Shown here: one piece after another, positions 10,531 to 21,278 of the stretch
Numbering within the stretch: position 1 is the first letter of the stretch
Layout: every line of letters begins with the position of its first letter
Source: Octopus sinensis
Taxonomy: Eukaryota
Length of the DNA: 34,917 nt
Direction of reading: 5' to 3'
NCBI RefSeq assembly: GCF_006345805.1
Contig: NW_021829907.1
Span: 1-34,917, forward strand
The notes under the pieces: model-generated
What the model saw: only the letters and a program-made list of their open reading frames with translations
What the model was told of the DNA's origin: nothing
Databases searched by the model: none
Program-made: the position numbers and the translations under genes

Positions 10531-11622
10531 CACAAGTTAAAAGTAAATTAAAGAAAACAAACAACAAATACAATGCACAGAACAAGATAGAAGTATAAAA
10601 GTTCCTTATCAGTCGTTGACTGAAAAATCAAAGCAATTTCATCCCATTATCAAGAGGGATCACTTCAGGGTGCCTGTGATAAATGTGAGTGGGGAATGGT
10701 GTCAAGAAGAGGACACAATGTAAGTATGAAAAATATTTGGGTCTGTAACCCCAATAAAATATTAGCTCATGTGGCTAAGACAAACAGATCACAGGACATA
10801 ATGATAAAGAATATGAAGCAGTCAAGTTGTCAAGTGGTGATGGCGGATGCAAACACATAAATACAGGCTTCTTTCAGTTTCCATCAACTAAATTCCGTAC
10901 AGTGGGACTGAACCTGAAACCATGTGGTTGGGAAGCAAGCTTCTTTATTTCATATAATTTGCCACAAGGGCATCACACAGATGGAAGCTTTGCGGGCTGG
11001 ACATGGACATTAATGGTATGAATGATGGTGATGCAAAAATGATGATGATGGGAGAAGACGAAAAGCGCCCGCTGACTTTCGCTTCTCTAAAACAATGTTC
11101 TTTTTTCCTTTTCCCCCCAAAAACACAATGAGGCAATAAACCTCTTACATAAAAAACACAATGTTCATAATTCTTTTTTCTAAAACACGCAAAAAGTCAC
11201 GTTTCACATTTTCTAGACTCGTTCAGGTTATCCGGCCGCCCAGTATCCTTGCTTCATTGAAGCATGCACCTGGGTCCAGGCCGGACCACACGGGTATAAA
11301 TTTATAGGAGTCCTCCGGGAAGGAATTCATGATCCTGCACAGATCACTATCCCATTAAACACTTGCCCAAGGTTCCACGCAGTGGGACTGAACCCAGGAC
11401 CATGTGATTCGTTAGCAAGCTTCTTACCACACAGCCATGCCTGCACCTATAAAATCTAGCGTTTCCATGCTGGGAATCTAATCTGGGCCACTTGAGTGAA
11501 AGCCAGGAATCCTAGCCACTAGACCACATAAAATACAGAAAACATTTGATATTTTAAGCTTTGTAAAACATACAGGTTTTGGTAAATCAACTGACAGGAT
11601 TACGCGTGCAGGCAGGGAAGGG

Positions 11623-11943
11623 AGCACTCCGTCGGTTATGATGACGAGGGTCCCAGCTGATACGATCAACGGAACAGCTTGCTCGTGGAATTAACGTGCA
11701 AGTGACTGAGCAATCCACAGACACGAGTACCCTTAACGTAGTTCTCAGGGAGATTCAGCGTGACACAGAGTGTGACAAGGCCGGCCCTTTGAAATACAGG
11801 TACAACTCATTTTTGCCAGCTGAGTGGACTGGAGCAACGTGAAATAAAGTGTCTTGCTCAAGGACACAACGCATCGCCGGGAATCGAACTCACGACCTTG
11901 CAATCGCGAGCTGAATGCCCTAACCACTAAGCCATGCGCCTTC
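11623..11943 (-). mobile_element. tRNA-headed SINE, head C2 + tail X
   Basis: Head GAAGGCGCATGGCTTAGTGGTTAGGG...GTGAGTTCGATTCCC; tail ...AACCGACGGAGTGC shared with 20279 and 33338. Confidence 0.88.
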
Positions 11944-12002
11944 AGGCAAGCACACTGGCACTGTGCTGTTGCATAAAATATTTCAATTTAAAAGGGACTC
12001 AC

Positions 12003-12067
12003 CTTAAAAAGTTTGTCAACACTGTTAATAAGAGTCACCTTTAGTTGTATCGGTTGGTAACGTTGAT
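12003..12067 (-). CDS. Internal coding exon (YQRYQPIQLKVTLINSVDKLFK)
   Basis: Acceptor TATTCCTTTCCAG, donor AAG|GTGAGT, 65 nt, phase 1 to phase 0, linking both neighbouring exons in frame. Confidence 0.85.
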
Positions 12068-12097
12068 CTGGAAAGGAATATTTAAAAGATTAAAAGC

Positions 12098-12886
12098 AAT
12101 CTAACGTGATTTAAAGGGTTTATTATGTAAAGTGTTACTTAGCATATAAATTAACGAACTTATTGTCATCATTATATATCCCTCTTCCATGCTGTCTAGG
12201 GGAACTGTCTCCGTGAAATCCCATGGTCGTTCATGACTGAAGAGGGCCTTTGACCTTTACCCTCAATTAGGCAAAACAAAATGGAAGAAGAACAGTTGGA
12301 GTGGCTGTGTGGTAAGTAGCTTGCTAACCAACCACATGGTTCCGGGTTCAGTCCCACTGCGTGGCATCTTGGGCAAGTGTCTTCTGCTATAGCCCCGGGC
12401 CAACCAATACCTTGTGAATGGATTTGGTAGACGGAAACTGAAAGAAGCCTGTCGTATATATTATATATATATATATATAGATATATATATATATATATAT
12501 GTGTATGTGTGTCTGTGTTTGTCCCCCTAGCATTGCTTGACAACCGATACTGGTGTGTTCATGTCCCCGTCACTTAGCGGTTTGGCAAAAGAGACCGATA
12601 GAATAAGTACTGGGCTTACAAAGAATAAGTCCCGAGGTCGAGTTGCTCGATTAAAGGCCGTGCTCCAGCATGGCCGCAGTCAAATGACTGAAACAAGTAA
12701 AAGAGTAATCTAACATGATTTAAAGGGTTTATTATGTAAAGTGTTACTTAGCATATAAATTAACGAACTTATTGTCATCCTTATATATCCGTCTTCCATG
12801 CTGTCTAGGGGAACTGTCTAGGTGCAATCCCATGGTCGTTCATGACTGTATTAGGCAAAACAAAACAGATGGAAGAAGAACAGTTG
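12098..12886. repeat. ~180-200 bp direct repeat flanking a SINE
   Basis: 12098-12298 and 12707-12886 both run AATCTAAC...GGAAGAAGAACAGTTG. Confidence 0.9.
12299..12706 (+). mobile_element. Family A SINE, slightly 5'-truncated
   Basis: Starts GAGTGGCTGTGTGG and ends AAACAAGTAAAAGAGT; matches the 8725 copy. Confidence 0.9.
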
Positions 12887-12893
12887 AACTTAC

Positions 12894-12987
12894 ATGTCGA
12901 GTCATCTTCATTGTCCACTGGAAAATGATGTCGAGAACTTTGATCGGAGAGGAGGCGAGTGGTTTGATTTACTGGCTGAGAAGTGTC
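12894..12987 (-). CDS. Internal coding exon (DTSQPVNQTTRLLSDQSSRHHFPVDNEDDST)
   Basis: Long poly-T tract + TTAACAG acceptor, donor T|GTAAGT, 94 nt. Only one frame is open (phase 0 to 1). Confidence 0.85.
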
Positions 12988-13061
12988 CTGTTAAAAAAAC
13001 CAAAAAAAAAAAAAAAAACCATTACAATAGTGTTTTACTACAGAGTGAGCCTTCAACTTAC

Positions 13062-13465
13062 AGGCACAGGAGTGGCTGTGTGGTAAGTAGCTTGCTAACC
13101 AACCACTTGGTTCTGGGTTCAGTTCCACTGCATGGCATCTTGGGCAAGTGTCTTCTGCTATAGCCCCGGGCCGACCAATGCCTTGCGAGTGGATTTGGTA
13201 GACGGAAACTGAAAGAAGCCTGTCGTATATATGTATATATATATATATATCTAAGTGTGTGTGTGTGTGTATATGTTTGTCCCCCTAGCATTGCTTGACA
13301 ACCGATGCTGGTGTGTTTACGTCCCCGTCACCTAGCGGTTCGGCAAAAGAGACCGATAGAATAAGTACTGGGCTTACAAAAAATAAGTCCCGGGGTCGAT
13401 TTGCTCGACTAAAGGCGGTGCTCCAGCATGGCCGCAGTCAAATGACTGAAACAAGTAAAAGAGTA
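13062..13465 (+). mobile_element. Family A SINE, full length
   Basis: Near-identical to the 8725 and 12299 copies. Confidence 0.9.
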
Positions 13466-13518
13466 CGTGCTTTATTCTTAAATCATTAACTACTGTAAAG
13501 TTGCATCCTTTGCTGTAC

Positions 13519-13577
13519 CTTCATAGCAGAGAGAACCTTTATCCCCCACTGGCCTCCAATTGCCACTGTTACAGCTC
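13519..13577 (-). CDS. Internal coding exon (AVTVAIGGQWGIKVLSAMK); most upstream exon I can support
   Basis: Acceptor CTTTGCTTCCACAG, donor AAG|GTACAG, 59 nt, phase 1 to 0, in frame with exon 12894-12987. Confidence 0.7.
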
Positions 13578-13602
13578 CTGTGGAAGCAAAGCTTTTCTTT
13601 AA

Positions 13603-13825
13603 CCCTTTCGTTACCAACCTGGCTGAAACTGCCCCTGGCGCTGTAGTACAAATGTCTTGTTTTCATAAGTTTTGAATTAAAATCTTCCACCAAACCTTAG
13701 TCACAATTAATGTTCCTAACACTAGCTTAATGATAACTAAGTTTATTTTACTAAATTCTTTGTTATATTTAAAATTAATTGAAAGAAACACAGAGCATCT
13801 CAACAGAAATAGGGTAACAAAAGGG
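13603..13825. mobile_element. piggyBac-type MITE, family 2
   Basis: TTAA|CCCTTTCGTTAC...GTAACAAAAGGG|TTAA. Confidence 0.85.
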
Positions 13826-13856
13826 TTAAAATATATAATAGAGAAACAATTCTTAA

Positions 13857-14216
13857 CCCTTTCGCTACCAACCTGGCTGAAACCACCCCTGGCTTTGTAG
13901 TACAGATGTCTTGTTTTCATAAGTTTTGGATTAAAATCTTCCAAACCTTAGTCACAATTTATGTTCCTAACATTAGCTTAATGGTAACTAAGTTCATCAT
14001 CATCATCGTTTAGCGTCCGTTTTCCATGCTAGCATGGGTTGGACGGTTCTACTGGGGTCTGTGAAGCCAGAAGGCTTCATCAGGCCCAGTCAAATCTGGC
14101 AGTGTTTCTACGGCTGGATGCCCTTCCTAACGCCAACCACTCCGTGAAATTCTTTATATTTAAAATTAATTGAAAGAAACACAGAGCATCTCAAAATAAA
14201 TAAAGTAGCGAAAGGG
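13857..14216. mobile_element. piggyBac-type MITE, family 2, carrying a family D insertion (13995-14147)
   Basis: TTAA|CCCTTTCGCTAC...GTAGCGAAAGGG|TTAA. Body matches the 13603 copy apart from the CATCATCATCGTTTAGCGTCC insert. Confidence 0.85.
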
Positions 14217-14269
14217 TTAATGATATTGTCTCAAGGCTTGAGACTAGTGTAGTGTGAGAGGGGAGGGGT

Positions 14270-14760
14270 ACAAATTCAAAAGCCGTTTACTGAAAGCTTA
14301 AGGACTGGATATCATAAACCGGGGGAGAAGAAGACAAGGGTAGCAAGTTCCAGAGAGCAGCAGTTTGAGGAAAGAAGCTATTTAAATAAAAGGAAGTTCA
14401 ACAGGGAAACAAATGGGGCTGGGAAAAGAAGTGGGTAACATGTTTAAATGCCTTGACAGAAGGTATTAGACCAGAAAGTTCAGAGCAATGACCGTGGAAA
14501 CACTTATAGAAATGACAAGGAAGATAGATTTTGATGATGAACAAAACACTAGCACACGAGGACCCACCATGCTAACCAATGAATTAGGAGTTTGATCAGG
14601 CAAGAATTAATAATGGACAAAGGATACAAATTTACGAAAAAGAAATGTTATTGTGACACTGCTGATTTCCCAACAGATAAGCACCACCAGACTGATGAAG
14701 AGCAAAAACTCAGAAACTAGTCTCTGGATGCAGGCTTAGCTGGGTGGAGGTGCTTATCTT
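14270..14760 (-). mobile_element. Degenerate L2/Jockey-like LINE RT C-terminal remnant
   Basis: Broken frames give FYKCFHGHCSELSGLIP and YLNSFFPQTAALWNLLP, typical of LINE ORF2 ends. Confidence 0.65.
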
Positions 14761-14960
14761 CCCCTTGCAGACATAAGGACACAGGAAATGTGTCAAGGCC
14801 GACAGGAAACGTTGCTGCTTCCTAGGGCTAAATAGCAGTAGTATGATTCCCTTCATGGGACTGTCACATTAAGTTGACAGTATACAACTACTCTATCGTA
14901 CCACTACTGCATAAATCTCTGAGATATTAAAAAATTATTTCTATATTATATATGTATAAA

Positions 14961-15192
14961 AGGTGGCGAGCTGGCAGAACCGTTAGCACGCCGGGCTAAA
15001 TGCGTAGCCGTATTTCGTCTGCCGTTACGTTCTGAGTTCAAATTCCGCCGAGGTCGACTTTGCATTTCATCCTTTCGGGGTCGATTAAATAAGTACCAGT
15101 TACGCACCGAGGTCGATATAATCGACTTAATCCCTTTGTCTGTCCTTGTTTGTCCCCTCTGTGTTTAGCCCCTTGTGGGTAGTAAAGAAATA
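14961..15192 (+). mobile_element. tRNA-headed SINE, family B
   Basis: GGTGGCGAGCTGGCAGAA...GAGTTCAAATTCCGCCGAGGTCGAC...GGGTAGTAAAGAAATA. Confidence 0.9.
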
Positions 15193-15282
15193 TATATGTA
15201 GATATATATATACACGCGCGTGCACACACATATATACAGAGTAGTAATAAGAAAATGAGATGACAAAAGAATAAACCTCATA

Positions 15283-15372
15283 GTCAAGGCTCCGATGAAA
15301 CTATAAGGTGTTATTCAGGCACTCAAGTACGAGTCTACTGCATCTTATTATTGGAAACAGCTGTAACTTGAC
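15283..15372 (+). ncRNA. Degenerate minimal type-I hammerhead-like motif
   Basis: GTCAAG..CCGATGA, stem II ATAAGGTG/CATCTTAT, GAAAC-AGCT-GTA, then CTTGAC. The core carries a C in place of U4. Confidence 0.45.
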
Positions 15373-15625
15373 ATTCATAGAATAGTTTATTTCTTTGCTG
15401 TCTTATATAAATCGATACTCGATCTCCATATACGGTACACTTCGATTAATATACCCAACTCTACTGACAGATGTACGATTGCACTCTTCCGTGACTTATG
15501 AACTCTTTCTTAGCTCTCACCCAAGAAATATATAAGTATGCCAAGAGACACGACTCGATTTGGCCAGTGGTATGTATTTGAAATAACTACCAGCCATGGG
15601 CCAATGTGTGTGAGTGTATGTATAT

Positions 15626-15657
<32 letters not shown>

Positions 15658-16144
15658 GCAAACGGACTTTGAAGTGGAAGTCCACTCACTTCGCAAACAT
15701 AATAGAAATTGCTTTATCTTTAAATTATTGTATCTGGAATGAGGTCGGTGGTGGTGGTGTTGGTGGTATACTATCAATACTTTGTGAAATTGAAGGATGG
15801 AAAATCCTGTGGGTCACAATTCATTTCGAGCAGGATGTTTTTTTCTTCTTGCATCAGATTACAAACAGAGTATTTAGAGAAGAAAGTTCAAAGTTACAGA
15901 AAGTACAATAGTTTGTTTTTGGTTCCTAAACATTGTTTGTCCGTTTCCTCTTAATTAAACCCGGAAATATAATAGATATCAGATTAAAAACTTGTCGAAA
16001 CATGCTAGGTTTATTTTTTGTATATTACATAATATAATGCTTTTACCCTTTAGCTTGGGAAGATATCGGAAATGCAAGTTCAAATTATTTGAGGATTACG
16101 AAGGGTTTTCCAAATTAAGATTCTCTTGACTTCATCCTTATATA

Positions 16145-16182
<38 letters not shown>

Positions 16183-16240
16183 TTACTAGATAAAGATAGC
16201 TATAATCTCCATAGACCGGCCATAACTATCTACCCATAAC

Positions 16241-16449
16241 GGCGGACGTAAAGAATGTGAACCGCGAAAAAAGGCATTTTAAAATTTTCCTATTATAATT
16301 TAAAAAAATTTTTTTGCAGAATCAATCTCCGTACACGAAAATGGGGGATTCTGTATATACATATACATATATATATATATATATTATATATATATATTAA
16401 AAAAAACCCAAAACGAAAGTGGGTGCGGTCCACATTCTTTACGTCCACC
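16241..16449. mobile_element. MITE-like element with 25-bp inverted termini
   Basis: GGCGGACGTAAAGAATGTGAACCGC (16241-16265) versus GCGGTCCACATTCTTTACGTCCACC (16425-16449), 23/25 match. Confidence 0.7.
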
Positions 16450-16484
16450 ATATATATATATATATATTATATATATATAAAGTT

Positions 16485-16820
16485 ACTCTCGTCATCAATA
16501 ACGACGGGTCTGGTGCTTAACTGGCACCTGACCAGTGTTCAAGTTGATCCGATCAACAGAAACAGCCTGATGCTCGTGAAATTAACGTGTAAGTGGCTGA
16601 GCACTCCACAGACACGCGTACCCTTAACGTAGTCCTCAGGGAGATTCAGCACGATGCAGGCGATAAGCCTGGCCCCTTTGAAGTCCAGGTACGACTCATT
16701 TTTGCCAGCTGAATGGATTGGAGCAACGTGAAATAAAGCGTCTTGCTCAAGGACATGGTGCACCGCTGGGAATCGAACCTACTATCTTACAATCGTGAGC
16801 CGAGTGTCGTAAACCACACG
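16485..16820 (-). mobile_element. SINE head C2 + tail X, diverged
   Basis: Colinear with 11623-11943. Confidence 0.8.
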
Positions 16821-19089
16821 GGTGTTTTACTAAACTTTGTGACAATTACTTTATTTTGGCTCGTATGTGTGGAATAATCGATTTTTTTCTAACTGAAGGT
16901 ATTGTTGGGGGGAAAAATAATTACATGAGAAATACGAGGATGTAAATAAAAAGGCCAAAACATGGAAATAAAGAGTTATGAATATACATCAACCAAACTA
17001 ACACACACACAGATAGTGGGCCAAAAGTCACAAAATAAGTTTAATATGCTCCAGAATTGTCAAAGACGGGCTTCGGTTTACTTCGAATAAATATCAATAA
17101 AATAATGAACACACACGTACTTTTGTACAAAGGTGAACAAAATGTATAACGTAACAAATAAACTGTCAAAGGCTTTGATGCGCGGCTTCTGGCCCCACAA
17201 TGTATGTATATATATATATATATAATATATATATATATAAATATATATACATTTTTTATTCTAGCAAAAACTGTCCGACGAACGGGAACGTGAAACTCAG
17301 AGTAACAGGTTTTGTTGAATTTTCTGCTGCTTTTGAATAAAGTATATATATATATAATCGACCAGTAGGTCTTGAATTCGAAAAAGAGGTGCACTATAAA
17401 ACTTTAGAACAGTTATACTTAGACAGATGTGTGTTTTACCGGCCGGTCAGAGAGTGACCATTGGTTCCGCACCTATAAAGCTCTTAGCGGTATAGGCGAC
17501 TCGTCGATGCCTATGTCACTAAGAGATTTACAGGTGTGAAACTGTTAGTTACTCGGACCGGCCATAACCTAAATATATAAGGTGTTTATATAAAGGAGAG
17601 AAAAAAAACTCACAAGTTTAAATTATGTATGTAGTATTTATACTATAATATATTCTTCCCTTTATTGGAATTTCTTCTTTTAGAAGATCGTCATTTTATA
17701 AGATTTTGCTGTCGATAATCATTGCTATTTCGATTCACAAACTCAAGAGATGAGGAATAATTGTTGAAAGAATGAAAGAAAAATCAACCATGAAATGAAA
17801 TAAAATATCATAAATTCCAATCTTAAATGCTAATTATTCATACTCCACGGCGGAAATGAAGGTGCGAATTTTTCTGTCAATTTGAATTATCCGTTTATAT
17901 ATCCTGACCCTAAATGAGAGGGATAGCTTGCACTTTTCAGAGAACAACTACCTGTAAAAGTACTTTCGGAGGTAAACGTCGGGATTGTCTTAACCCTACT
18001 GAACTCACACACACAAGAAGCAAAACTTGGTCGGAGTTTCACACATTTAAAAAGTAGAAAAAACAATCCGGAAAAGAAAATACAATGAATAAAAACTATT
18101 TCTCCTGTATTTGGTATGTTTTATAAGTCCGTGTGAAGAGAGGTCTTCCCTTCAATTAGGCTGACCGAGTTGAATTAGGTAAAGGAAAGAGAAAAAGCAT
18201 GTTAGGAGTCATTATGGTACAAAGTCATCGAACTGTTGGGTCACCCAGCATTTCCTCACGGGACGACAATATTGGGTACGGTTAAAACAAAGACGAAAGA
18301 AAGAAAAACAAAGCAAAAATACGTTAATTACACTAATAGAACATAATTACACTAATAGAATATAATTACAATAGATATAAACAAACATACAACACATTTA
18401 TATGCATATAAAAATACACACATATATAGACGTTTACCTTATCGAAACAAGGACATATACATCCCATTGTGGCAATAAAAAGTTTACACGAAACACTGTG
18501 AGAAGGGTTGTATTGATTTAGAGCGCTCGTGGTTATGAATATATCCAGATTTAAAGTGCGGCCCGATAAATTGACTGTGCTGTTAACCTATATAGGCGGC
18601 GGTGCTCATCACAGCGGACGAATTCAAATAGACCACTTGATATATAGTTTGGCATATTTATTTAATTCTTTGTTTATATATTCAGGTTGCAGTGTGGATT
18701 TACAAGAAATGGAACCATCCTCCTGGACTTGCGTTGCCCACTACTGATGTATATATAACTTTTTATTCAGGCTATATGCCTATAATAAAGAAAAGACTAT
18801 ATATAACTTTCATATTTACTTAACAAAGTGATGTAGGAATGTGAACTATTAGTGAAATATGTTGCGAGATATCACCTGAACCTCTGGTTGAAGTTGTATA
18901 CGAATGTTCTCAGCTATATTTGTGATCATTCAGATATATAACGCACACAGACATAAGTGTGTGTGTATATCTATCTATATATATATATGGGTATTATACC
19001 AACAGTATATTGGATAAGTATTATCCCTTAGTGGGTTGGATCCACAACCCCTAACTTACTTGGTGTGTGTGTGTATATATATATATATA

Positions 19090-19203
19090 TATCACCGTGA
19101 CCGACCAGGCTATCAGATGTTGTTACACATCGCTGGTCACAATGCGCTTCGCATTGTTTTAGCCTTCAAATGACGCCACCCCGCTGGCTAAGCGAGCAAG
19201 CCA
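19090..19203 (-). mobile_element. SINE tail Y fragment between TA microsatellites
   Basis: TCACCGTGACCGACCAGGCTATCAG...GGCTAAGCGAGC, shared with 21279-21400. Confidence 0.75.
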
Positions 19204-19234
<31 letters not shown>

Positions 19235-19236
<2 letters not shown>

Positions 19237-19700
19237 CTCTTTTTGACTGCGGCCATGCTGGAGCACCGCATTTAGTCGAGCAAATCGACCCCAGGACTTA
19301 TTCGTTGGAAGCCTAGTACTTATTCTATCGGTTTCTTTTGCCGAACCGCTAAGTCACGGGGACGTAAACACACCACCATCGGTTGTCAAGCGATGTTTGG
19401 GTGACAGACACACAAACACACACACACACATATATACGAGGGGCTTCTTTCAGTTTCTGCCTGCCAAATCCACTCACAAGGCTTTGGTCGGTTCGGGGCT
19501 ATAATAGAAGGCTCTTGCCCAGACTGCGGCCATGCTGGGGCACCGCCTCGGAGAATTTTAAGTCAAATGAATCGACCCCAGTACTTATTCTATCGTTCTC
19601 CTTTTGCCGAACCGTTAAGTTACGGGGACGTAAACACACCACCATCAGTTGTCAAGCGATTGGTGGTGGTGGTGAGGACACAGACACAAGGACACCCCCA
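19235..19700 (-). mobile_element. Two adjacent family A SINE fragments
   Basis: GACTGCGGCCATGCTGG...GTCAAGCG block occurs twice (19245, 19522). Confidence 0.8.
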
Positions 19701-19884
19701 CCATATATATTTATATATGGAGGGGCCATATTAAAGTCCGTTTCCATGTTTTTGTTTTTATGCTTTCGTTTCTCCTTGTGTTCAACGTTTTTTTTTTGAT
19801 GTCCTGTACCCATATATACATGTATATATACATATATATGTAGGTATGTACATATATGTATGTATATATGCACACACATATATA

Positions 19885-20016
19885 CAGGGTGTCCCCCAAA
19901 AATGTATATACATAGTGGTTCGGCATAAGAGAACGATAGAATAAGTACTAGGCTTACAAAGAATAAAAAATTTACAATTATTTAAGGTGTGTATACAATT
20001 TTTTTGGGACACCCTG
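19885..20016. mobile_element. Tc1/mariner-type MITE containing a SINE fragment
   Basis: TA|CAGGGTGTCCCCCAAAAATGTATA...GTATACAATTTTTTTGGGACACCCTG|TA; internal GGTTCGGCATAAGAGAACGATAGAATAAGTACTAGGCTTACAAAGAATAA. Confidence 0.8.
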
Positions 20017-20278
20017 TATATATACACGACAAGCTGCTTTCAGTTTCCGTCTATCAGATTTACTTACAGGTCTTTTATCTGCCTTTTTTTAAAAAAAATT
20101 ATAACTCGATATTCCGTCTTTACGTTCTGAGTTCAAATTCCACCGAGGTCGACTTTGCCGTTCATCAAATACTGGGGATCGATGTAACCGACAATCGCCC
20201 TTCCCCAAAATTTCAGGCTTTCTACCTATTGTTGAAAAGGCTACGATTCTACATAGAAACTAACGCATATATTTGGAA

Positions 20279-20645
20279 GCACTCCGTCGGTTACGACGAT
20301 GAGGGTTCCGGTTGATCCGAATCAACGGAACAGCCTGCTCGTGAAATTTACGTGTAAGTGGCTGAGCACTCCACAGACACGTGTACCCTTAACGTAGTTC
20401 TCGGGGATATTCAGCGTGACACAGAGAGTGACAAGGCCGGCCCTTTGAAATACAGGTACAACAGAAACAGGAAGTAAGAGTGAGAGAAAGTTGTGGTGAA
20501 AGAGTACAGCAGGGATCACCACCATCCCCTGCCAGAGCCTCGTGGAGCTTTTAGGTGTTGTCGCTCAATAAACACTCACAGCGCCCGGTCTGGGAATCGA
20601 AACCGCGAGTCCGCTGCCCTAACCACGGGGCCATTGCGCCTCCAC
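20279..20645 (-). mobile_element. SINE head C + tail X
   Basis: Head GTGGAGGCGCAATGGCCC...GGTTTCGATTCCC; tail ...AACCGACGGAGTGC. Confidence 0.88.
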
Positions 20646-20705
20646 TAACACATATATACGAGGGGGGACTCAAAAGAAACCGGAATTTTGCAAATTATTT
20701 CATTC

Positions 20706-20855
20706 CACTAGCGTAGCTAGGCTGTGTGTGGCCCGGGGCGGCCCTTCCGTTTGCCGTCCCCGGGGCCCCCACAAAAAACATTGCCTACAGCAGACCCAAA
20801 GGTGGTGCCCCTTTAAAAGTTCCGCCCCTACCGCCCCCGTCTAGCTACGCTAGTG
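20706..20855. mobile_element. GC-rich MITE with perfect 15-bp TIR
   Basis: CACTAGCGTAGCTAG ... CTAGCTACGCTAGTG. No clear TSD, so the superfamily (hAT or CACTA-like) is unresolved. Confidence 0.75.
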
Positions 20856-21278
20856 TTTCTGTTAACTTTCAGTTTCTTTGTAATTGGTTTTCTATGGATA
20901 TAAAACTCTGTGTGTGTGTGTGCGCGCTGACTAAAACTCGAGAACTACCCAACCATTTCATTGAAATTTTACGCATGCCTTACTTAGGGTCCATGCTGTG
21001 TCATGGGCCCAAACACTTTTCAACTTCTTGCCTAATGCGAGCCCAGAGTGATCCCTTATCTCTTATACTGTTTCAGTATTACGTGTCAAAAGTGAAAGAA
21101 TAACATCTCTATTGCAGTGTGATTTAATAGTTTCACTATTACATTGTTTCAGTTTTAAATAGACATAATATAATGTCGGAAAGTTGATGAACACCACTTT
21201 TTGATCCCCTCCGTTTTCTTATTGCTGCATAAATTAAGGGTAAAACAACTTTTTACCCTCGCCCGTACATATATATAT

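Noticed and set aside
10590-10709. Plus-strand open frame ending at a GTAAGT donor
   Set aside because: No pyrimidine-rich acceptor and no partner exon.
5760-13489. Recurrent ORFs such as MSSNARG..., MTTDAGVF..., ...KETDRISTG
   Set aside because: They recur at each family A SINE copy; they are repeat-derived, not genes.
15521-15600. Candidate upstream exon of the minus gene (RVVSLGILIYFLG|GTGAGA, phase 1 compatible)
   Set aside because: Good donor and hydrophobic reading, but no credible acceptor or in-frame ATG; upstream sequence is microsatellite followed by a stop.
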